From Methanobacteriota archaeon (GTDB lineage Archaea > JAADCQ01 > Methanopyri > Methanopyrales > Methanopyraceae), in assembly GCA_027064425.1 (NCBI GenBank), contig JAMOPO010000027.1, positions 96,001 to 160,000 of the forward strand: a DNA stretch of 64,000 bases, in the 5' to 3' direction. Shown here one piece after another: positions 10,211 through 22,488 of the stretch. Numbering within the stretch: the first letter of the stretch is position 1; the number at the start of each line of letters is the position of its first letter. The notes below the pieces were generated by a model. It had not been told where the DNA came from. It made no database searches and saw only the letters and a program-made list of their open reading frames with translations. Made by a program: the position numbers and the translations under genes.

Positions 10211-10384
10211 ATGGGCAAGAAGGTCCGTGAGGAGCGGGCCGAGCTGCCGCCCGTCCGGGCCGGTATCCTGAGCTTCTGGGACGAGGAGGCGCCCGGCCTG
10301 AGGGTCGATCCAGACCACGTGATCTACGCCTGCTTCATTATCGCCGCGATCCTGGCCATTCTCCACGTGATGATGGTGGTGTAA
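10211..10384 (+). CDS. Preprotein translocase subunit Sec61beta (SecG)
   Basis: AGILSFWDEE..G.RVDP.HV followed by a C-terminal TM helix. Confidence 0.9.
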   Translation: MGKKVREERAELPPVRAGILSFWDEEAPGLRVDPDHVIYACFIIAAILAILHVMMVV

Positions 10385-10391
10385 GGACCTC

Positions 10392-11047
10392 ATGGCCATT
10401 CACAGCTACGTCCCCGAGGACCCGCTGGAGGAGACGGAGCTGCCGGAGATCGTCTTCGTTGGGCGCTCCAACGTCGGCAAGTCCAGCCTGATCAAGGCCA
10501 TCACCAGGGGCGGCGCCGACGTCAGGGTCGGCAAGCGGCCCGGTGTGACCCGGTGGCCGGTTTTTCACGAGCTGGACGGCGAGCTCGTGCTCGTTGACAT
10601 GCCCGGGTTCGGGTTCATGAGCGGCGTCCCCAGGAGGCACCAAGAGCGCGTCAAGGATCTGATCGTGGAGTACCTGGAGACCAAGGACAACATCCTCTTC
10701 GCCGTCCACGTGGTCGACGCCAAGGCGCTGCCGGAGATCGCTGAGCGGTGGGAGAAGCGTGGCGAGATTCCCATCGATCGGGAGATGTTTCAGTTCCTCA
10801 ACGAGCAGGGCCTGGACCCGATCGTAGCGGCCAACAAGATCGACAAGATCAAGCCCGTCGAGTTCGAGGAGCACATGGACGCGGTCGTCGAGGCGCTCGG
10901 CCTGTTCCCGCCGTGGAGGCAGTGGCTGGACACCGTCTTTCCCGTCTCGGCGAAGACGGGAGAGGGGCTCGTGGAGTTCCTGGAGGCGATGCAGGAGAAG
11001 GTGAAGAAAGCCGGGCACCCGGAGTTCGCTCGGTTCTTCCGGACGCG

Positions 11048-11051
<4 letters not shown>
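10392..11051 (+). CDS. engB: GTP-binding protein EngB
   Basis: GRSNVGKSS, GKRPGVT, DMPGFG, NKIDK, SAK. Confidence 0.93.
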
Positions 11052-14469
<3,418 letters not shown>

Positions 14470-14471
14470 GA

Positions 14472-15164
14472 CTACACCTCCCGGAGCAGCTCCCGGAGGA
14501 ACTCGGCGACTCCCTCCCCGTCGTCGGCGTCCAGGACGACGTCGGCCGCCTTCTTAGCCTTCCGGCTGGCGTTCGCGGGCGCGACACCCAGCCCCGCCTC
14601 GCGGAGCATCGGCGCGTCGTTGTCCCCGTCACCCAGCGCTACCACGTCGTCCGGATCCACGTCCAGAAGCTCGCACGCCCGGAGCAGTCCCTTGCCCTTG
14701 TCCACCCCGCGGAGCTTCAGATGGTACGCGAAGCCCGTGTCCACGACCTCCACCTCCTCGTCGTAACCGTACTCCCGAAGGACCTCGCGGACGCGCTCCA
14801 CGGGGACGTCCCGGTAGATGGCGACCTCGGTGTGCCGGAGGCCGGGCGGTTCGGTCCGCCGCACCCCCAGCTCCTCGCGGAGCGTCTCGTACGCCTCGCG
14901 AACAACGCTCACCCGGTCCTCGTCCGCGAGGACCTCCTTGCGACCGTCCACCTCGATGACGCCGCCGTTCTCCGCGATGAGCGGTCCTTCCAGGCCCAGG
15001 AGGGTGGCGGCCGACCGGGTGTAGTACAGGGTGTTCCCCGTCGCGATGCCGACGGGGATTCCGCGCCGCTGGAGGGCCCGGAGGTACCTCACCGATTTTA
15101 GGTGGACGGAGCGGTCCCCTCCCGTGATCGTCCCGTCCAGGTCCGTGACCACCAACGAGACCAA
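14472..15164 (-). CDS. HAD phosphatase (phosphoglycolate phosphatase/SPP-like)
   Basis: DLDGT, ATGN, AENGG, DKG, GDGDND. Confidence 0.9.
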   Translation of the reverse strand: MVSLVVTDLDGTITGGDRSVHLKSVRYLRALQRRGIPVGIATGNTLYYTRSAATLLGLEGPLIAENGGVIEVDGRKEVLADEDRVSVVREAYETLREELGVRRTEPPGLRHTEVAIYRDVPVERVREVLREYGYDEEVEVVDTGFAYHLKLRGVDKGKGLLRACELLDVDPDDVVALGDGDNDAPMLREAGLGVAPANASRKAKKAADVVLDADDGEGVAEFLRELLREV

Positions 15165-15177
15165 GGGGTAGCCCCCG

Positions 15178-15873
15178 ATGGCGCGGCTGTGCTTCGTGCT
15201 GGCCGAGTCGGAGCTGGAGCTGATCCCGCCGAAGCTTCGGAGCCACCCGCACGTTACCCGGTGGGCCAAGCGGCGTGGTAAGAAGCCCGGGGAGTGCCTG
15301 CTGATCGCGAGCAAGCATCACGTGGCGATGGAGGACAAGCGGCTGCCGGAGCGGGATCGGCGGGGTCGGCCGGACATCGTCCACGTGACGCTGCTCCACG
15401 TGCTCGACTCGCCGGCCTCGCGGGAGAACCTGATCGACGTCTACGTGCACACGCGGCACGACCAGGTGATCTGGTTCCGGAGCGACGTGCGGCTCCCGCG
15501 GGATCAGTACCGGTTCATCGGGTTGATGGAGCAGGTGCTCAAGGAGGGGCAGGCGCCGCCGGACTCCGACGAGCCGCTGATCGAGGTGCTCGACGTGGAC
15601 ATTTGGAAGATCCTGGACTCCAACGACGTGAACGTGCTGTTCTCCGAGAAGGGCGACCGGATCGAGCCGGTGGGGTACATCGCGGGCATCCTGGACGCCG
15701 GGGTGGACCGGGTGGGCGTGATCGTCGGCGGGTTCCCCAAGGGCGACTTCTCGGAGGAGTTCTACGACCGGGCGGACGACGTGGTGCGGCTCTACGACGA
15801 GCCGCTGGACACGTGGACGGTGGCGGCGCGCATCGTGACGGCGTTCGAGCTGGCGGCCGGAGTGCTCGGCTGA
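15178..15873 (+). CDS. nep1: 16S rRNA pseudouridine N1-methyltransferase Nep1
   Basis: RGRPDIVH..LL, RLPR..YRFIGLMEQ, VGGFPKGDF. Confidence 0.93.
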   Translation: MARLCFVLAESELELIPPKLRSHPHVTRWAKRRGKKPGECLLIASKHHVAMEDKRLPERDRRGRPDIVHVTLLHVLDSPASRENLIDVYVHTRHDQVIWFRSDVRLPRDQYRFIGLMEQVLKEGQAPPDSDEPLIEVLDVDIWKILDSNDVNVLFSEKGDRIEPVGYIAGILDAGVDRVGVIVGGFPKGDFSEEFYDRADDVVRLYDEPLDTWTVAARIVTAFELAAGVLG

Positions 15874-16086
15874 TCACTCCTTCACCTTGATGTTCTCGAT
15901 CATCTCCTTGGGTATCTCCACCTCATCGTTCTCCTCAATCTCGCCCTGGGATATCATCTGGGCGAGCCAGGTGTTGATCGCCGTGCAGATGTGGATGGGC
16001 TCAACGCCGGCCTCGAGCGACTTCTCCGCGATCGCCTCGGCGATCTCCTCCTTGTTTTTAATCTTGATATTGTACGTCCGCTCCAT
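15874..16086 (-). CDS. Small hypothetical protein (about 70 aa)
   Basis: Coding-like acidic composition, fills the gap between nep1 and hemA; start uncertain. Confidence 0.55.
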   Translation of the reverse strand: MERTYNIKIKNKEEIAEAIAEKSLEAGVEPIHICTAINTWLAQMISQGEIEENDEVEIPKEMIENIKVKE

Positions 16087-16167
16087 GATCGTCAGGTGCG
16101 CCAGGGCCTCAGACTTCGACAACCCGGCGCTTCCCCCAGCGGGCATCTGGCGTTCGGGGGCACCTGC

Positions 16168-17391
16168 ATGGAGGATTTTGTTTGCATCGGTCTCACGCAC
16201 AAGGAGGCGAAGGTCGAGCGGCTCGAGCGGGCCCGGCTGGAGGGACCCGAGGCTCTACCCGAGGTGAAGGAGGCCTTCGATCTCTCCGGGTGCGCCCTGC
16301 TGCAGACGTGTAACCGGGTGGAGCTGTACGCGTCCGGGGTCGAGGAGGGGAAGGTGGACCGGCTGCGAGAGCTGATCGACGAGGACGCCTGGGTGAAGCG
16401 CGGCCTGGAGGCCGTGGAGCACCTGTTCCGGGTGGCCTGCGGGCTGGAGTCGATGATGGTGGGGGAGCAGGAGATCCTGCGGCAGGTGAAGGAGGCGTAC
16501 GAGACCGCGGCCGAGCTGGGCACGCTGGACGACCGGCTGAAGCTCGTGTTCCGGAAGGCGATCTCGGTCGGGAAGCGGGCCCGGGAGGAGACGAGGATCA
16601 GCGAGGGTGCGGTGTCCATCGGGTCGGCCGCGGTGGAGCTCGCGGAGCGGGAGCTGGGGGGCCTAGAGGGGAAGACCGTCCTGGTGGTGGGCGCCGGTGA
16701 GATGGGTCAGACCGTGGCCAAGGCGCTCGTGGACCGAGGCGTGGACGCCGTGCTGGTGGCCAACCGGACGTACGAGCGGGCCGTCGAGCTGGCCGAAGAG
16801 CTGGGCGGGGAGGCCGTCCGGTTCGATCGGTTGGAGGAGTACCTGGCCGTCGCGGACGTGGTCGTCTCCGCCACGGCCGCCCCTCACCCCGTGATCACGG
16901 CCGATCACGTGAAGCGCGCCCTGAGGGATCGCGGGGATCGACCGCTGCTCATCATCGACATCGCGAACCCGAGGGATGTGGAGGAGGAGGTGGAGCGGCT
17001 CGAGGGCGTGGAGGTGCGGACGATCGATGACCTGCGCGAGATCGCCCGGGAGAACCTGGAGCGGCGCCGCTCCGAGATCCCGAAGGTGGAGCGGATCATC
17101 CGGGAGGAGCTGAAGTCCCTGTCCGCCGAGCTGGAGCGGCTGGAGCGCCGCCGGTCGGTGGCCAAGGTGGCCCGGTCGCTTAACGAGCTGAAGGAGCGGG
17201 AGCTGGAGCGGGCGCTGCGGCGGCTGGAGAGCTCGGACCCGGAGCGGGTGTTGAGGGACTTCGCGGAGGCGTACACCAAGCGGCTGATCAGCGCGGTCTC
17301 CTCCACGGTCCACCGGCTGCCGGGGGAGGACCGAGAGAAACTTTGCGAGGAGCTGGCGAGGGCCGTCCGGGAGCTGGCGAATCGGGGGTGA
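16168..17391 (+). CDS. hemA: Glutamyl-tRNA reductase
   Basis: LQTCNRVE, GLESMMVGEQEIL.Q, GAGEMG, DIANPRDV. Confidence 0.98.
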   Translation: MEDFVCIGLTHKEAKVERLERARLEGPEALPEVKEAFDLSGCALLQTCNRVELYASGVEEGKVDRLRELIDEDAWVKRGLEAVEHLFRVACGLESMMVGEQEILRQVKEAYETAAELGTLDDRLKLVFRKAISVGKRAREETRISEGAVSIGSAAVELAERELGGLEGKTVLVVGAGEMGQTVAKALVDRGVDAVLVANRTYERAVELAEELGGEAVRFDRLEEYLAVADVVVSATAAPHPVITADHVKRALRDRGDRPLLIIDIANPRDVEEEVERLEGVEVRTIDDLREIARENLERRRSEIPKVERIIREELKSLSAELERLERRRSVAKVARSLNELKERELERALRRLESSDPERVLRDFAEAYTKRLISAVSSTVHRLPGEDREKLCEELARAVRELANRG

Positions 17392-17395
17392 GCGC

Positions 17396-18376
17396 GTGGC
17401 CGAGTACCCGCTGGTGCGGATGAGGAGGTACCGGAAGTCCGAGGCCGTCCGGGACCTCGTCGCGGAGACCGACCTGAGTCCGGACGACCTGATTTACCCG
17501 ATCTTCGTCCGGGAGGACGGCAAGACGGGCGAGATCCGGTCGATGCCGGGCCAGCGGTACCACTCCGTTGAGACCGCGGTCGAGCTCGTGGGCGAGCTGC
17601 TGGACAAGGGGCTCCGGGCGTTCATCCTCTTCGGGATCCCGCGGGAGAAGGACCCGGAGGGGCGCGTCGCGGCGGACCCGGACGGGGTCGTGCAGCGGAC
17701 GGTCCGGGCGCTGAAGGACGAGTACGGGGACGAGGTCGTGGTCATCACGGACGTGTGCCTGTGCCAGTACACGACGCACGGGCACTGCGGGGTGGTGGAC
17801 GAGGACACGGGCCGGATCCTGAACGACCCGACCGTGGAGCGGTTGACGGAGGTGGCCCTGTCCCACGCGGAGGCGGGGGCGGACGTGGTCGCTCCGTCGG
17901 ACATGATGGACGGGCGGGTGAAGGCGATCCGGGAGGCGCTGGAGAGTGAGGGGTTCGAGGACGTGCTGATCATGGCGTACTCGGCCAAGTACCACAGCGC
18001 GTTCTACGGCCCGTTCCGGGACGCGGCCGAGTCGGCGCCCAAGTTCGGCGACCGGAGCACGTACCAGATGGACCCGCGGTGCCTGCGGCAGGCGCTCCGA
18101 GAGCTGGAGCTGGACGTGAAGGAGGGCGCGGACATCCTGATGGTCAAGCCCGCGATGCCGTACCTGGACGTGGTCCGGGAGGCGCGCCGGCGGTTCGACC
18201 TGCCCATCGCCGCCTACCAGGTCAGCGGTGAGTACGCGATGATCAAGGCCGCGGCCGAGCAGGGGTACGTGGAGTACAAGGACGCCGTTCTCGAGTCGCT
18301 CGTGTGCATCAAGCGGGCCGGCGCCGACCTGATCCTGACCTACTTCGCCCCGGAGGTGGTGGAGTGGCTGGAATAA
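17396..18376 (+). CDS. hemB: Porphobilinogen synthase
   Basis: DVCLCQYTTHGHCG, PSDMMDGR, MVKP, AYQVSGEY. Confidence 0.98.
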   Translation: MAEYPLVRMRRYRKSEAVRDLVAETDLSPDDLIYPIFVREDGKTGEIRSMPGQRYHSVETAVELVGELLDKGLRAFILFGIPREKDPEGRVAADPDGVVQRTVRALKDEYGDEVVVITDVCLCQYTTHGHCGVVDEDTGRILNDPTVERLTEVALSHAEAGADVVAPSDMMDGRVKAIREALESEGFEDVLIMAYSAKYHSAFYGPFRDAAESAPKFGDRSTYQMDPRCLRQALRELELDVKEGADILMVKPAMPYLDVVREARRRFDLPIAAYQVSGEYAMIKAAAEQGYVEYKDAVLESLVCIKRAGADLILTYFAPEVVEWLE

Positions 18377-18834
18377 TCGAGGCGCTCAAGCGGCTGGACG
18401 AGAGGGTGATAGAGCGCGTACCGCGGCGGCCTCGTCCCTGGGCGGAGGCGGTGAGCTTCGCGCTCAGCGGCTGGACGCTCTTCCCCACCGCTCTCCTCAT
18501 CTGCCTGCTCGTGAGCCACCGGATCGGGCTGAAGATGCTCGAGGCCCTCGTCCTTTCCATGGCGGCCAGCGAGGTGATCAAGCTGCTCGTGGGGAGGAAG
18601 CGGCCGGAGCGGCCCGGCCGGAAGCCCTGGGGGTACTCGTTCCCCAGCACCCACACGGCCCGTATGGCCTCGCTGATCCCCGTGGCCTTCGACGTCTCCC
18701 CGGGCGTTGGGCTGGCGGTCACCGGGCTCGCGGTCCTCGTCGGCGTCGCCCGCATCGCCTCGCGGGCGCACTACCCATCGGACGTGCTCGCCGGGTTCCT
18801 GCTCGGCTGCCTGATGGGGTGCCTGGTGGCATGA
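18364..18834 (+). CDS. PAP2-family membrane phosphatase
   Basis: K....RKRP, SFPSTH, RI....HYPSDV..G. Confidence 0.85.
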   Translation: MAGIIEALKRLDERVIERVPRRPRPWAEAVSFALSGWTLFPTALLICLLVSHRIGLKMLEALVLSMAASEVIKLLVGRKRPERPGRKPWGYSFPSTHTARMASLIPVAFDVSPGVGLAVTGLAVLVGVARIASRAHYPSDVLAGFLLGCLMGCLVA

Positions 18835-19727
18835 ACGAGGCCGACGAGATCGCTGTCAGCCTGACGCTCGGCGCGCTGCTGGAGGTGTCCGGGTGGCCCA
18901 AGCCCGGGAACGTGCACCGGACGCGGGACCACGACGACACCCGGTTCGAGCACTTCCTGGCCAGCGCCGTGGCCGCCTACCCGGTGCTCAGGGAGCTGGC
19001 CGAGACGGCCGCGACGCGGGACCGAGTGCCGCTCGGCAGGTACCTTTACCGGGCCGTAAAGGCCTCCAGGTCCGCGCACACGGGCGGGAACACGAACCTC
19101 GGCATCCTCATCCTCGACACGCTGCTGGCGGCGGCACTGGCCCGCGCCTCGTTGCACCGGCGCGAGGTGCGGAGGGAGGCCCGCCGGCTGGCCCGGGCCA
19201 CCACGGAGGAGGACGCGTACTACCTCTACCGAGCGATCGCGCTCGCGGGGGCGGGCGGGCTGAAGCGGGTCCGGCGGGGTGACGCCCCGGACGTGAGCGA
19301 CCCGAGGCGCGTGCTGGAGGAAGGGATCACGATGTACGACGCGCTGAAGAGCTCCGCCGACCGGGACGCGGTGGCCGAGGACTGGGTGAACGGGCTGAAG
19401 CGGACCCTCCGGGTAGGCCTACGGGTGATGGACTTAATGGCCGAGTACGGGGACGTGAACGAGGCCGTCGTCCGGGCCTTCCTGGAGGAGCTGGCCCGCC
19501 GTCCCGACACGCTGATTTGGCGGAAGCACGGGCTGAGGACGGCGCTGGAGGTCTCGCGGCGGGCGCGGGAGGTGCTGGAAAGCGCGGGGGACGACCCCGT
19601 CACGCAGCGTCGGGAGCTGCGGCTGCTCGACGAGGAGCTGCACGCGCGTGGGATCAACCCTGGGTCCACTGCGGACATCCTCGCGGCGGGGCTGGGGTAC
19701 GCGTGCCGGTTGGGGATGAGGCCGTAG
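18831..19727 (+). CDS. citG: CitG-family triphosphoribosyl-dephospho-CoA synthase homolog
   Basis: LEV..PKPGNVHR, NTNLG, NPGSTAD. Confidence 0.88.
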   Translation: MNEADEIAVSLTLGALLEVSGWPKPGNVHRTRDHDDTRFEHFLASAVAAYPVLRELAETAATRDRVPLGRYLYRAVKASRSAHTGGNTNLGILILDTLLAAALARASLHRREVRREARRLARATTEEDAYYLYRAIALAGAGGLKRVRRGDAPDVSDPRRVLEEGITMYDALKSSADRDAVAEDWVNGLKRTLRVGLRVMDLMAEYGDVNEAVVRAFLEELARRPDTLIWRKHGLRTALEVSRRAREVLESAGDDPVTQRRELRLLDEELHARGINPGSTADILAAGLGYACRLGMRP

Positions 19728-20395
19728 TCCTCGCCCGGGTCCTCTCCTGCCCGGAGCTCTTCGACGTGGAGTCCGTGGAGGAGGCCGAAGAGGTGGCGCG
19801 GAAGCTAGTGGAGGGGGAGCTCGAGCCCCCGCTGGAGTTCTTCGGCCTGAGGTCGGAGGCCGTCAACGAGGTGCTCGCGGTCACCGAGGGGCCCGAGGGG
19901 CGGAACGTCGCCCCGCTCGGGCTGCGCGTGTTCAACGGGGAGCTTGGCGCGGTCCTGTACCCCGGATCGCGGACCCGAAGGAACTTCGAGGAAACGGGGC
20001 GGATGGTGGCCTGCGTGAACCCGAACCCGGTTGACTTCCTTCGCGCCCTTTTCGACGAGCTCCCGATCAGGGAGTGCGGCGGCGTGCCCGTGGCGGAGGG
20101 AACGCGCGCTTTCCTGGTCCTCGAACGGGTCCGGGAGTCAGGGGGAGGCGACGACCCCCTGCGGGTTGAGCTCGAGCCGGTCGACTGGGGGCTGCTGCAC
20201 CCGCGTCCCCGGGCTCTGGTGCGAGGTGAGGGGGCGCTGGTGGAGGCGCTCGTGGAGTTCACCCGCCTCCACCTCGGTGAGAGCCACGCGCGGAGGTGCC
20301 GGGAGGCGCTGGAGGTGGTCAAGAGGACGGTCGGAAGCCGGGAGTACAGGGAGGCGGTGAAGAGGTTGGAGGAGCGGCTGGGGGCCCGGTCTTGA
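19703..20395 (+). CDS. DUF447-family protein
   Basis: NVAPLG...YPGSRT..N and R....LVEALV..TR; start uncertain. Confidence 0.7.
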   Translation: MPVGDEAVVLARVLSCPELFDVESVEEAEEVARKLVEGELEPPLEFFGLRSEAVNEVLAVTEGPEGRNVAPLGLRVFNGELGAVLYPGSRTRRNFEETGRMVACVNPNPVDFLRALFDELPIRECGGVPVAEGTRAFLVLERVRESGGGDDPLRVELEPVDWGLLHPRPRALVRGEGALVEALVEFTRLHLGESHARRCREALEVVKRTVGSREYREAVKRLEERLGARS

Positions 20396-21672
20396 GGGTC
20401 ATCCGAATCCCCGTGCACGGGTTCGTGGAGGTCGACGGAGCCTGCGAGAAGGTGCTCGATTCCCCGGAGGTGCAGCGGCTGCGGCGGGTACGCCAGCTGG
20501 GCCTGGCCGAGCTGGTGTACCCGGGCGCGACGCACACCCGGCTGGAGCACAGCTTAGGGGTGAAGTGCCTCTGCGACCGGGTCCTGGAGATTCACTGGGA
20601 GCGGCTGAGGCGCGACGTCCCGGAGGTCGGCCGGTTCTCCCGCGATTACGTCGAAGAGGTGCTGGGCCTGGCGGGCCTTCTCCACGACGTCGGCCACCCG
20701 CCGTTCTCGCACGTGCCGGAGCCACTGCTGGAGGAGGAGCTGGGGGTCGATCACGAGGACATCGGCGCCGCGGTGGCGCGGGTGGTGCTGGAGCGGGTGG
20801 ACGTGATGGACCCGGAGGCGGTGGTGGAGATCGCGTTCGGGCCGGGTGAGGGTTGGACGCGGCTGCTTCACCAGGTCATCGCCGGGGACCTCGGCGTGGA
20901 CCGGCTGGACTACCTCGTCCGGGACTCGCTGCACGCCGGGGTGGAGTACGGTCGGATCGAGCTGGACCGGGTGCTTCACACGCTGGAGCTGGGCGAGCGG
21001 GTCACGGTGCACGGGAAGGGGGTGGAGGCGGCGGAGTCCGTGCTGGTCGCGCGGTACCACATGTACCGGACGGTGTACTTCCACAAGACCTGCCGGGCCG
21101 GGGACGCGATGCTCCTCCGGGCGATCCGGCTGGCGGCCGACGACGGGCACCTGGACCTGCGCGCCTTCGATCCGAAGCGGCTGCTGAGGAAGGAGGACGC
21201 GATGTCCGCGTTCCTGGAGATGGATGACTGCAAGCTCATGCACGAGCTGTTGGAGCACCCGGAGAGCCGGGAGCTGGTGGAGGGACTTCGCGCGCGTCGG
21301 CTGTACAAGTGCGTGGCCGAGTACAAGGCCTCCGAGGAGCCGGCGCACGGGGAGCTGATGCGGTGGGCGGAGGAGGTGTCGGAGGAGCACCTCGGGGACC
21401 CGAACGGCGTCCTGCTGGACTCGTCGAAGATCGTGCCGTACGATCCCTCCTCGGACGAGGTCATCGTGCGGACCGAGGACGGGGAGGTCCCGCTGTCCGA
21501 GGTGTCGGACCTCGTGCGGACGCTGAGGGAGCGGGCGGAGCGGGAGATCCCCACGCTCCGGGTGTACGTGAGGCCGGAGATTCGGGACGACGAGGAGGTC
21601 GTCCGGAGGATCGTGGAGGACGTGAAGTCCGCGGTCCCGCCGGCCGGGGAGGGTTCGTTACGAACCTCGTAA
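20392..21672 (+). CDS. HD-domain phosphohydrolase (dNTPase/SAMHD1-like)
   Basis: QRLRRVRQLG, HTRLEHSLG, LLHDVGHPPFSH, DRLDYL.RD, MY..VYFH. Confidence 0.92.
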   Translation: MRVIRIPVHGFVEVDGACEKVLDSPEVQRLRRVRQLGLAELVYPGATHTRLEHSLGVKCLCDRVLEIHWERLRRDVPEVGRFSRDYVEEVLGLAGLLHDVGHPPFSHVPEPLLEEELGVDHEDIGAAVARVVLERVDVMDPEAVVEIAFGPGEGWTRLLHQVIAGDLGVDRLDYLVRDSLHAGVEYGRIELDRVLHTLELGERVTVHGKGVEAAESVLVARYHMYRTVYFHKTCRAGDAMLLRAIRLAADDGHLDLRAFDPKRLLRKEDAMSAFLEMDDCKLMHELLEHPESRELVEGLRARRLYKCVAEYKASEEPAHGELMRWAEEVSEEHLGDPNGVLLDSSKIVPYDPSSDEVIVRTEDGEVPLSEVSDLVRTLRERAEREIPTLRVYVRPEIRDDEEVVRRIVEDVKSAVPPAGEGSLRTS

Positions 21673-21677
21673 CAATT
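21655..21677. promoter_or_regulatory. Palindrome GTTACGA-N3-TCGTAAC in the tRNA-Sec 3' trailer
   Basis: Perfect 7-bp inverted repeat; 19/23 identical to 37167-37189; function unknown. Confidence 0.55.
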
Positions 21678-21683
21678 CGGGGG

Positions 21684-21773
21684 CGGCCGCCGCGGGGAAT
21701 TGAACCCCGCGCCCCGTATCGGGGCGCGCCGGATCTGAAGTCCGGCCCGGGGACCACCCCGGTGGCGGCGGCC
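21684..21773 (-). tRNA. selC: tRNA-Sec (UCA)
   Basis: 9-bp acceptor stem GGCCGCCGC/GCGGCGGCC, anticodon arm CCGGA-CTTCAGA-TCCGG, long variable arm, 4-bp T stem with TTCAATT loop, G discriminator. Confidence 0.96.
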
Positions 21774-21843
21774 TGACGGGCGGGCCCGTCCGAACCCGGG
21801 ATAAGACCGGTATTAAGGGGTTTCGCGGGCCGGGGGGAGAGCT

Positions 21844-22488
21844 GTGAACCCGGTGATGCGGATCGTGGAGCTTTACGAGGACCACCCGATCATGGAGCGG
21901 CTGGACCGACGTGAGGACCCGTTCCGCGTCCTCATCCGCACGATCATCTCCCAGCGGACCCGGGACACGGTGACCCGCCGCGTGTCTGAGCGCTTCTTCG
22001 AGCGCTTCGACGGGCCCGAGGACGTGATCGAGGCGGATCTCGAGGAGATCCAGGAGATCCTCCGGGGGGCCGGATTATACCGGCAGAAGGCCCGGTGGAT
22101 CAGGGCGTGCTGCGAGCGGATCGTGAGTGAGGGTATCGACCTTAGCGAGGTGGTCCGCCGCCCGGTCGAGGAGGCCAGGGAGACGCTGCTCGACCTGCCC
22201 GGCGTGGGTCCCAAGACCGCTGACGTGGTCCTGCTGTTCGCCGGTGGGCACGACATCTGCCCGGTGGACGTGCACGTGCGGCGGATCGTCGGGCGGCTGG
22301 GGCTGGTCGACTCCCGGGACTACGACGACGTGCAGCGGGCCGTGCATGAGGCGGTTCCGGAGGGGAAACGAGGAAAAGCTCACCTCGCCCTCATACAGTT
22401 CGGCCGTGAGATATGCAGGTCGGAGCCCAAGTGCGAAGCCTGCCCAGTCCGTCCCCTTTGCCCGACCGGAGGTGGTGAGCGCGGTTGA
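21844..22488 (+). CDS. nth: Endonuclease III
   Basis: HhH LPGVGPKTA, VDVH, C-terminal C-X5-C-X2-C-X5-C FeS motif. Confidence 0.92.
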   Translation: MNPVMRIVELYEDHPIMERLDRREDPFRVLIRTIISQRTRDTVTRRVSERFFERFDGPEDVIEADLEEIQEILRGAGLYRQKARWIRACCERIVSEGIDLSEVVRRPVEEARETLLDLPGVGPKTADVVLLFAGGHDICPVDVHVRRIVGRLGLVDSRDYDDVQRAVHEAVPEGKRGKAHLALIQFGREICRSEPKCEACPVRPLCPTGGGERG

